Assembly (NCBI GenBank): GCA_963709405.1
Contig: CAVPXM010000009.1
Coordinates: 1-10,633 of the forward strand
Length of the DNA: 10,633 nucleotides
Source of the DNA: an uncultured Nitrososphaerales archaeon
Lineage (GTDB): Archaea; Thermoproteota; Nitrososphaeria; Nitrososphaerales; Nitrososphaeraceae
Direction: 5' to 3'
Shown piece after piece: positions 1-8,352 of this stretch; the first letter of the stretch is position 1, and each line of letters opens with the position of its first letter. The notes beneath the pieces are model-generated. The model saw only the letters and a program-made list of their open reading frames with translations, was not told the DNA's origin and did no database searches. The translations under genes and the position numbers were made by a program.

Positions 1-1
1 C

Positions 2-676
2 AAAAATGCGGGTCGGTCTTTTTGGTTCAATGAATGGGAAGGAAATAAGATAGCCAGATTTGATCCTTCACAAAGGACCCTAATAGAGTATTGGATTCCT
101 TCACAAAACAGGTTATGGGGCACATGTCCTTCATTCAATAAAATAATAAACTCTAGCGTTAGTAACAATATTAAGCAAACATGTGGTATTGCCAACATAT
201 TGCAGTTTTCTATAGAGAAACGTGATGATAATAGCGGCAACGCCCAACAGATTTGGTTTACAGAGTGGTCAGAAAATAAGATCGGTAAGGTAGATGCGAT
301 TGACAGACACCTGCCATTTTCAGTAAATATTCAGTCTAATCTAGAAAAGAAAGAGCTAACGATAAAAAGGGGTGAGAGTGAAAAAATTAAGATTAAGGTT
401 AAAGCAGCAGGAACGTCTGCATTTCATTCTACAAACGACAATTTTATCCATATGGTTGTATCAGGAACTTTCACTACAACTGGAAATCTTGACAATTCTC
501 TGGGACATTTTAGCAAGAATTCGTTCACAATTGATGGTCATAAAAAGAAGAAAGAAATAATCACCTTTATTTTTACCCCTTCGAAGGATTTGATACCTGG
601 ACATTATATGCTAATGATCGGTGCAGAGAATAACGCTATATCGTTTTTGAAAGCGATTGCAGGGAAAATTACTTAA
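2..676 (+). CDS. Virginiamycin B lyase (Vgb)-like beta-propeller protein with C-terminal beta-sandwich domain; 5'-partial
   Basis: The frame of track ORF 200..676 is open back to position 2: KNAGRSFWFNEWEGNKIARFDPSQRTLIEYWIPSQNRLWGTCP...QTCGIANILQF...IWFTEWSENKIGKVD. It has two W-F-x-E-x-x-x-N-K-I blade motifs typical of Vgb-like repeats, then a beta-rich domain ending ..PGHYMLMIGAEN..; stop TAA 674-676. Confidence 0.8.
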   Translation, partial: KNAGRSFWFNEWEGNKIARFDPSQRTLIEYWIPSQNRLWGTCPSFNKIINSSVSNNIKQTCGIANILQFSIEKRDDNSGNAQQIWFTEWSENKIGKVDAIDRHLPFSVNIQSNLEKKELTIKRGESEKIKIKVKAAGTSAFHSTNDNFIHMVVSGTFTTTGNLDNSLGHFSKNSFTIDGHKKKKEIITFIFTPSKDLIPGHYMLMIGAENNAISFLKAIAGKIT

Positions 677-1224
677 AATAGATGCCATATCGTACTCTTC
701 ATGTTTCTATCACTGTTCATGCCATGCCATGGATAAGGTGATATATCTTTAAGGTTCTTAACGGCACAAGACTTAGCAAATCAAAAAGCATTATTTTAAA
801 TTGATCCGCGAATTCCTTAATCCTTCTCCCATTATTATCAAAACCACCAATACTGGCTTCAGTCATTCCATCTAAACTATGCTTTTGCACAATCCCTGTA
901 GAAAAGATACGTCGTTTACTCGCTTTACATTCTCGATTCAATCGAATTCACACTTATCTAGTCTTAAACCTAATAGTACATCATCAACTACCGTTACTAA
1001 GCAAATAATTCGGATCACATAATATAGTATTTTTACTAATGATAATCCCTATGCTTTTCTCTGTCCCGTGAGTATTGAGGTTAAGATTGTATTTGAGATA
1101 TAATAGAACATATTTGGTTGAAGGAATAAAAATTATGTGACAAGTCCTAACCGCATTATAAAAAATAACAGGAAAGTTCAATAGATACAAGTACGTTAGA
1201 TAAGACACCCTTGTGAAATAAATT

Positions 1225-2973
1225 GTGACAATACATTTAGATCGGATATTATCTCACGATTCCTCATTCTTCGTTCCTAAGTATGAAACTCTAATAAAAT
1301 ATACTCTTGTGCCTTGTATCCCTCTCTGTATTATTACTCTACTATCTCTAAACCCTAATACCTGGATGGCATCGGAAATCCATCATTTCTATATTGAATT
1401 GAATGCAGTAATATTTGCCGCAATATTGGCGTTTTATTATATGTCTAGGGCGCGTACATTAAATGATAGATTCAGTCTCTTTATTGGCCTAGGTTTTCTA
1501 GTCAACGCTGCTATCGACGTTCTTCATGTGATAATATCTTTTAATTTTATGGATCAGCCTATTTTTCTAAAATATTTTATACCTCAAACATGGTTTGCTG
1601 GACGAATATTTCTCAGTGCTATGTTGGCTATAGCAATTGTAGGTTATCCGATCTTATCTAGTCCAGATTCTTCTGCCCCAGCTACCTCAGGACAGCTACA
1701 ACAGGAGGGAAAAAAGAAAGCAAAAAGCTCTCCAAAACTGCTTGTAATTTCTTTGATAGGGTACTCGCTATTGCGTCCGCCGTATTAGCTGTCAGCTCTT
1801 TTTACATTGTATTTCCTGGTTCAGTATTGGATAACTCTCCTATACATAGGCCATATGAAATTCCATCCCTTGTGCTATTCTTGATTGCTTTAGTTTACTT
1901 TTATAAAAGGGACTTTATAAGAAAACTGACGTTTTCTATAAGGGAATAGTTTTGGCCATACTAATTGATATTTTTGGTCAAACAATAATGGCATTTTCAG
2001 TCGCATCATTTGAGACAGCGCATAATGTTGCGCATATCTCAAGGATGTAGCATATTTTGTCAACATAATAGCCCTAGCATTATCAAGCATTCAATATAAT
2101 GCAATATTGAGAGACAGAAATGCGGTGATCCAAACGCAATACCAGAAACTAAAAGAGTCTGAAAAAATGAAAGATGAATTCATTAACGTGGCCGCTCATG
2201 AATTACGAACACCGATACAGCCAATACTGGGACTGACTGAAATTATACGTTCTGAGACAACAGATCCTAAACAACTTGATTATTTGGACGTTGTTATAAG
2301 GAATGCAAGAAGGTTAAAACGACTTACAGATAACGTATTGGATGTAACAAAGATTGAAAGTAGTTCATTAAAGCTAAACAAAGAAGAGATAAATTTTAAC
2401 CTTGTAATAGCAGATGTTCTAAAAGAATATACCAGTAAGATACAACAGAAGAATATAAAAAGTGAAATAAAACAACAAATAGGTCAGGTAAATATATTAT
2501 ACGAACTAAGACTGAGGGATTATGACATAATAGTAGAAAGTTGATAAAAACAGAATAGCGCAGGTATTATCGAATTCAATTAGTAATGCTGTAGAATTTT
2601 CTGAAAAAGAAAAGAGAATCATTCATATCCATACTGTAGATAAATATCGACCTTGAAGAAGGAAATCAATCCATAGTCGTAAGTGTAAAGGAATCTGGAG
2701 AGGGATATTGATTCCAGTGATATTCCCGAATATGTTTTCTAAATTTGTGAGCAGTTCATATTCGGGAACTGGCTTAGGATTGTATATGTGTAAAATATTA
2801 TTGAAGCTCATGGGGGTAAAATATGGGCTGAAAATAATGAAAATGGCAAAGGGGCAACTTTTTACTTCACGTTGCCACTCTCAACTGATAAACAGCTTGA
2901 CTATGGACGGCAACAAAATGAACAAGAGGTTAGACATATAACAAGAAGAGTAGGAAAAGAGAAAAAGAATTAG
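1225..2973 (+). pseudogene. MASE3 membrane sensor + HisKA + HATPase_c histidine kinase, disrupted by about 7 frameshifts
   Basis: MASE3-like TM region (HHFYIELNAVIFA..FIGLGFLVNAAIDVLH..QTWFAGRIF). It continues across shifts at ~1760 (VLAIASAVLAV..HRPYEIPSLVLFL), ~1910 (LYKKTDVFYKGIVLAILIDIFGQ..HNVAH) and ~2038 (LKDVAYFVNII). H-box EFINVAAHELRTP (His codon 2197-2199). After shifts at ~2540, ~2645, ~2705 and ~2795: N-box DKNRIAQVLSNSISNAVEFS, VSVKESGEG, F-box/G2 [20 protein letters not shown], then [27 protein letters not shown]. Stop TAG 2971-2973. Confidence 0.9.
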
Positions 2974-3415
2974 TGACAGAAAATAAGAAAGGATAAACAC
3001 GACTAATCTTCATAGTAGATGATAAGGAAGATTTTATTTTCGAGCTCAGTCCCATTTTAGAAAAAAGTGACTTTGAAATTGAGACATGTAATTCGCCTCT
3101 ACGAGCATTGAAAAGTTTCAGATTTAATGCTTATGATTTAGTTATATTTAGATATCAAGCTGCCCAGGAATAAATGGTTTTGAATTTTATAAACAACTAA
3201 GAATGGTAGACAGCTAAGTTAGAATATGTTTTCTAGCTGTATTGGGTGAATTGCATGACTATAGTGCGTTGAAGAATGAATTATTTCCTGCCCTTGGAGG
3301 GAGATATTATGTTCGGAAACCATTTGAAAACATAGATCTCTTGGACAATATAACTGAGATAGCCGACATGAATTCTTTAGAAGCAAAGCTTTCAATGGCG
3401 GATGTAAACAAATAA
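2973..3415 (+). pseudogene. Stand-alone receiver (REC/CheY-like) response regulator, pseudogene
   Basis: GTG overlaps the kinase stop (TAGTG). Reads LIFIVDDKEDF..PLRALKSFRFNAYDLVI / LDIKLP / GINGFEFYKQLRMVDS*VRICFL..YYVRKPFENIDLL, i.e. the acidic DD pair, phospho-acceptor D and KP motif. In-frame TAA at 2994-2996 and 3215-3217, plus frameshifts at ~3148 and ~3166. Final TAA 3413-3415. Confidence 0.88.
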
Positions 3416-4189
3416 TATATTACTATTCTTATTCTGTCTGCCAGAAGTTAAGGTAAATGGCACGATAAGTTCATTATGTAAAGTATCTCTGGTCATTTTG
3501 CTATGAGTTAGCAAAGCTGTAGCCATAAAATTAGTTTGTCATAATAATCATATTCACTTTACAAAGTAATTACCAATGATATTACAATGCTGTTAAATTA
3601 CTTTCCTTACATAATTCACCTCCATAATTCGAAAATTGTCTTCTAGATGTGGCTACTTTAATAGCAAGGAGCGAAAGGTTCGCGTCACAGGTGCGCCTAC
3701 CTCAATAATTAGTCTCATCATAACTGGATTGGCTTCAATCCATGAACGAAATGCTGAATTTAATTATGTTCAAACATAACTGCCAACACCAGCCTACCTC
3801 AAATGAGTTACCGATACGGGTGTTTTACTAATTCTGTGCATTTGACGCGATCCATTCATAGAACAGTGGGCTCTGCTAGCCGATGGATTCATTTTTGCGG
3901 AGCAATTCTGATCTTGGGGCCCACTTATTTGCAATGCCTACTTTGAGTCTGGTGTTCAGACACCGGCTATATCAGAGTAGTCAAGTCACTAGGGGTGAAT
4001 GCATATTAGATGATCGATTAATTCATCCAATACTAAATAATAGATAGATAAGAAATGCAAATAAGACAAATATACAAACTCCTATTGGGAATGTATCTTT
4101 AAGCAAACCAATGCATAGGATATCTTGATTATGTGAATAATGTATTGGATATGGCTGCTAAGTATTTCTGAAGTTAAATATTCTCGAAT

Positions 4190-4204
4190 GAAACACCTTA
4201 AATA
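4190..4204 (+). promoter_or_regulatory. Putative archaeal BRE/TATA box for the small zinc-finger ORF
   Basis: GAAACAC followed by CTTAAATA (4197-4204), about 30 nt upstream of ATG 4234, the canonical spacing for a leaderless or short-leader archaeal transcript. Confidence 0.45.
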
Positions 4205-4233
4205 AGACAAACTCTAGTATTGTTTGCTTAGTT

Positions 4234-4407
4234 ATGACTAGCCTCTTAAAATATATGGATGTTGAAAGATATATTATTCTTAAACAGAATGGTCTATGTC
4301 GTCATTGTAAGATGAAATTCGATAGGAGCGATATGATTATTAGTTCAGGACGAGCTCACAAAAAATACTATCATAAAAAATGTGCAGATAAATTAAACAT
4401 AATCTAA
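4234..4407 (+). CDS. Small (57 aa) basic CxxC-x21-HxxC zinc-finger protein
   Basis: MTSLLKYMDVERYIILKQNGLCRHCKMKFDRSDMIISSGRAHKKYYHKKCADKLNII*. Four well-spaced metal ligands (CRHC, HKKC) and a TATA-like box upstream. Alternative ATG at 4255. Shorter than any ORF in the provided track. Confidence 0.75.
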   Translation: MTSLLKYMDVERYIILKQNGLCRHCKMKFDRSDMIISSGRAHKKYYHKKCADKLNII

Positions 4408-4478
4408 AGAACGTAGATGTGAAATAATAGTCCGAGAGACGACTGGCAAACAGTATGCGGGATCTATCGATAATTGGC

Positions 4479-5549
4479 CTACAAAATATTTTCCAAAATA
4501 TCATTCCAAGGATCCCAAATATTTCTAACAATTTTAGGTATATCTAATAAAGTAAAATCTGTAGGAAATACCTCTTTAGCTTATCCCGCCCTATGGGCAC
4601 AGACACAGAGGCTTACGAAATCTGAGTAGAAAAAACAGATGCCATGATTTTTCATTTTGCCTTCTGATTATGATCGAAGAAGATTTTTTTCTATTGATGC
4701 CATCCTAATTCATTGTAATTTGTTTGTGGATTCTTTGATAACATTTAACCGATAATTTCTGCAAGCCTTCTGATCTACTCGCAAGTATACGATATCTGGA
4801 TAGGTACAAAGATACGAAGATCATTTTTCCAAGTTTTTATATAGTGTTCGATCAAATTTCGTTTAGTTAGCTGATGTTGTTCTTTTGTCCTCGAGCAGAA
4901 CACTTTGTAAAGATTACAGAATTTATCGATTTATGATGTCTTTTCTGTTTTTTCTATTCCTTTGACTAGTGTTGATTTTTTAGCCGATTTTCTATTTCTC
5001 TGCTCCTCTTCAGGAAATAACGGTAATATCTTCAAAACGCCTTTCATATTCGCTAGCACATTCTTCACGTTTCTATTCTTCTCTAAGAAATATAGACGCT
5101 CATCTTTTCATTTGTCCAACCGTTATACTTTACTTCTGTCATAAGATCAATTTTGACCCAGACGGGATTTCAACTTGTGTATGGCATATAACCGATAGGA
5201 CATTTGTCTAACATAATTTCCTTCAGCCTAACATATATTTCCCCAAGTTGATCAATTGTAAATCCGCTGCCAGTATGACCCAAGAATCTCAACTTACCCC
5301 TACAAGCATGTGCAACAAGAACGAATGTACCACAAAACCTCTCCCTACTCCCTACTCCCTTCCCCATTGGTATAATATATGATCACACAATCGTTGGGTT
5401 TGGACACTTAATTTTCAACCAATCTCTAGATCTTGTGTCCTGTTAGTATAAACTAGTCTTCTTTGCAATAACGCCTTCAAGACGCATGTTTTTATTTTAT
5501 TATATAGAGATATTCCTTGTTCGAAGAAATCCGATATTCTTAATCCACT
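4479..5549 (-). pseudogene. ligD: DNA ligase D (NHEJ) relic: C-terminal part of the ATP-dependent ligase and OB fold fused to an internally deleted primase-polymerase domain
   Basis: Minus-strand fragments in the expected order: ISDFFEQGISLY, LEGVIAK (motif IV, 5461-5478), RSRDWLKIK (motif V, 5407-5421), DCVIIYYTNGEGSRE, FLGHTGSGF (5260-5280), PVWVKIDLMTEVKYNGWT. Then the POL domain start FCNLYKVF..LTKRNLIEHY (4898-4921) and POL end KIFFDHNQ (4664-4687)..MASVFS..ASVSVP..TDFTLLDIP..DPWNDIL. Multiple stops and frameshifts; no KxDG adenylation motif present. Confidence 0.88.
5341..5360. repeat. 7-bp tandem repeat (CTCCCTA x ~3) inside the ligD relic
   Basis: ctcccta-ctcccta-ctccct. An extra 7-bp unit would explain the frameshift between ..NGEGSRE and GSRERFCGTF.. 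Confidence 0.7.
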
Positions 5550-5658
5550 AGTCATCACACGTCAGATCAGTGCACTGAAATATAGGTCATTTAATCGTGT
5601 ATCGGCAATTAATTAATGATTAGCACAATACTGTTGCTACGAAAGCTATTCATAAAAC

Positions 5659-7059
5659 TTAATTGGCATAAACATACTCTCTCAATCCAGCCTTGTCGGC
5701 AGTGATCCCACCAATCTTTATCAATAGAAACTCCTGACGATTATGAAGAATAGAATCATTCAATCCCATTTCTCGCCCATTATGCAGTCTCTCATATTCT
5801 TCCATAGATAGTTTCGTACGTATCCCAATTTCTTCTTCCAAATTCATTCGCTTCACAACTTCTTTATAGCCTGGCTGTATCACGCCGCTAAACACCATGG
5901 CACTACTCCCGCTCCCATATGATCCAAAACCAACTCTCTTGCCTTCTAGTTCAACACCTTTCTTGTATTCAAATTCAAGGAGGCTTCTAAATCCCATATA
6001 CATCGATGCCGTATACAAGTTTCCAATTATGGCAGAAGCCTCAAGAGAGCTAGACATCTTCCTTTCATAGACCTCATTATAGAAGGATGTCTGCATGAAT
6101 GCACGTCTAAATTTTTCATCAGATTTCATGAATTCAATATCTGCCAATATAGATTCGATGGTGCCTCTAGGATCTTTTGGTAATGGCTCTTCCATACCTA
6201 ATTCCCTTATAACTTGCTTCCAGCGTGGAAGGTATCGCCATTCATGCCGCAATAGATAGGCTAATGCCTTCTCACCCATTTTCCTGTAGGGAAGATGTAC
6301 ACTGAATAAATCTATATGGTCTGTAATGGATTCTCCATCTTTCAAGGTAATTAAACCGGTTTTAATGGCCTTTTCCTTATAACTATCAAATGCTTTTCTT
6401 ACCTGGATCAAATACAATAGATTAGAATAATTTCCATTGACAAGGGGTGTTTCTTTTCCAAAAGGCCGATAAAAGTCATATTCATTCTTTATGATAGTAG
6501 ATGTAACCTTTTGATCAAAACTTAACAATCGAGGATTCTCCTTCACGAGAATTGCAACCGCACCTGCTCCTTGTGTATACTCACCAGCAGATCCGATATC
6601 GTATTTTGCAATATCGCTTACAATTACAACAGCAGCTTTACCATTGTTTTCATCAGCTCTTATCCAATTTGCATTATCATAAATAGCGTATGATCCACTA
6701 ACACAGGCAAATTTGCATTCAATTCCACCTGCATGTTCAAAGCTATCTTCTCCATATACTTGTTCCAACATCCCTATCACAAAAGAATTCATGGCTTTAG
6801 ACTCATCTAAACCAGATTCAGTAGCAATATACATTCGACCTATATCTTCAGGATGAAGATGATTTTTCTGCATTAATTTTAAGCAAGCGTTAGCAGCCAT
6901 ACATGCTGGATCCTGATTAGTGTCCACCAAGGCCATCTTTTTTATTCCAATACCGTATTCTAGCTTCTGTGGATCTATACCTCTTGCCTTAGCAAAATCC
7001 TTATAGTCGACATAAAGCTTTGGAATGTAGATAGCCAGGTCATCAATTCCTACTGGCAT
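5659..7059 (-). CDS. mvaS: Hydroxymethylglutaryl-CoA synthase (bacterial/haloarchaeal MvaS type)
   Basis: 466-aa intact ORF with N-terminal VGIDDLAIYIP, ATES (catalytic Glu81), KFAC (Cys119), SDIAKY..GEYTQGAGAVA, DFYRP, VHLPY (His255), IGNLYTAS and SYGSG: the complete HMG-CoA synthase motif set. Confidence 0.96.
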   Translation of the reverse strand: MPVGIDDLAIYIPKLYVDYKDFAKARGIDPQKLEYGIGIKKMALVDTNQDPACMAANACLKLMQKNHLHPEDIGRMYIATESGLDESKAMNSFVIGMLEQVYGEDSFEHAGGIECKFACVSGSYAIYDNANWIRADENNGKAAVVIVSDIAKYDIGSAGEYTQGAGAVAILVKENPRLLSFDQKVTSTIIKNEYDFYRPFGKETPLVNGNYSNLLYLIQVRKAFDSYKEKAIKTGLITLKDGESITDHIDLFSVHLPYRKMGEKALAYLLRHEWRYLPRWKQVIRELGMEEPLPKDPRGTIESILADIEFMKSDEKFRRAFMQTSFYNEVYERKMSSSLEASAIIGNLYTASMYMGFRSLLEFEYKKGVELEGKRVGFGSYGSGSSAMVFSGVIQPGYKEVVKRMNLEEEIGIRTKLSMEEYERLHNGREMGLNDSILHNRQEFLLIKIGGITADKAGLREYVYAN

Positions 7060-7084
7060 ATAATAATGCTGTAAATAGAAGCAA

Positions 7085-7098
7085 TTTAAAGTTATTCG
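7085..7098 (-). promoter_or_regulatory. Putative BRE/TATA promoter of HMG-CoA synthase (likely leaderless mRNA)
   Basis: Minus strand reads CGAATAAC-TTTAAA, 25 nt, then ATG. No Shine-Dalgarno in between. Confidence 0.55.
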
Positions 7099-7610
7099 TA
7101 ACTAGATTTGACCAATAGGTGATAAATTAATTAATGTAAATTGCAAATCCCGCGCCATAATCAATTAACACCACTTCAACTTTTGGGCGAGTTCTTTGTA
7201 GATACATCTACGAAGAAAACCACAGCCTTCCACAATTTGCTCGAATGTTATATTTTGCAGATGTTCTAATCAATTATTTCTATAATGTTAGGTACCCATA
7301 TACTTCTCTCTTTAGAGATGCAAATACCTACCAATCAAGAATTATGTCATCAGTATGCCCAATAACGACCACGCATTCATAGCACATAGTCATTGTATGC
7401 CATAATGAATCATTATCTCATCATTAACTCATTCAGATATTCTTTGCTGAAGCATTTTCTTTAGTTTGTTAACATAAGTCTATCTTTGATGTGTGGAGAA
7501 ATAATTTGTCTGATAATCAGGCAATTTGGAGAACCAAGACAGATACTAATAACTTGGCCTGCATCCACGACCAAGAAAAGGGTCAGGATTTTAGCCCAAT
7601 CGCACGATAT

Positions 7611-7662
7611 CTAGAAGTATAAGGCGCATGAATTACTATGAGTATAAGATCGGCATGAATTA
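7611..7662. repeat. Imperfect ~26-bp tandem duplication
   Basis: ctagaagtataaggc--gcatgaatta (7611-7635) followed by ctatgagtataagatcggcatgaatta (7636-7662). The shared blocks are AGTATAAG and GCATGAATTA. Confidence 0.65.
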
Positions 7663-8104
7663 GTCCAATCCTTTAATGATCGAATATCACCCCTACAGAT
7701 GAAACCTCACTTGCTAGATCGAAGCAAAAGGACTTGAACGAATTGAAGGTATTCCTTGCTTGATCATATGGGATGATAATGAAAATCTTATACCACTCGA
7801 TAGCTATGCCTTTTGAGTTATTTACTCGTATAAATATCTCTAGTGATAGATATCTTTCATCTGCATCTACTTCAATCTCCGCATCTGTATCTGGAGTAAT
7901 TAGATGAGTCATGGATGGATTATCATAAATGATAGATATCCTTTCGTTAGTACCCTATCACCGGACGCTGGTACTAATTCAAGGTTGGAACTATGTGATA
8001 GTGTGTCAGACACTTCCTAGGCCTTTTGATTTATGGCTATTGTGATGACTTGATGATGACCATAATTACACTCATACTTGCCCTATAGTAATGGTTGCGC
8101 GGCA

Positions 8105-8298
8105 GATTAAGCCTACACAAGAGAACACATAAAGAAGATGTTAGAACATTCTGATCTCAGAGCTGAAATTCCTATATTCTTCATGGCATCAAGTGCAATG
8201 AGAATGTGCTGTCTTGTCGGCCTTACTGATGAAGATATACAGTTAGTTTTGATGAAACGACAGGTAAAAAATTAGTTTCAGCTCATGTAGTTGTTTAG
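8105..8298 (+). pseudogene. Tyrosine recombinase/integrase fragment (box I region)
   Basis: D*AYTREHIKKMLEHSDLRAEIPIFFMASSAMRMCCLVGLTDEDIQ / FDETTGKKLVSAHVVV*. This fits the D-R-x-Y-T-x-E-x-I..D-L-R..M-A-S-S-G-x-R..L..D-I pattern around the first catalytic Arg (MASSAMR, 8183-8203). Stops at 8108 and 8296, frameshift at ~8245; box II (HxxR, Tyr) absent. Confidence 0.78.
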
Positions 8299-8352
8299 AA
8301 GAAATAGATGGGTCGATGTTGTTTATTTATACCAACAAGGTCTGGAAAGAAA

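Noticed and set aside
372-560. 62-aa + strand ORF
   Set aside because: Alternative frame wholly inside the Vgb-like CDS; no motif.
717-1208. Two 74-aa minus-strand ORFs (717..941, 984..1208)
   Set aside because: Non-ATG starts and no recognisable motif or RBS. The first could be a decayed fragment, but I cannot support that.
1890-2811. Minus-strand ORFs 1890..2090 and 2623..2811
   Set aside because: Antisense shadows of the kinase pseudogene.
1225-2973. Programmed frameshifting or a split three-gene kinase system
   Set aside because: Too many shifts, eroded catalytic boxes and nonsense codons in the partner regulator; decay is the simpler explanation.
3618-3802. CRISPR-like array from the ACCTC/GCCTACCTCAA repeats
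   Set aside because: Only 11-12 bp, 2-3 copies, irregular spacing (81 and 97 bp) and no cas genes.
4340-4531. 63-aa minus-strand ORF
   Set aside because: Overlaps the ligD tail out of frame and the zinc-finger ORF antisense; no motif.
4962-5144. 60-aa + strand Phe-rich ORF
   Set aside because: Antisense to the Lys/Glu-rich LigD linker.
5170-5367. 65-aa minus-strand ORF as an independent gene
   Set aside because: It is the OB-fold fragment of the ligD pseudogene.
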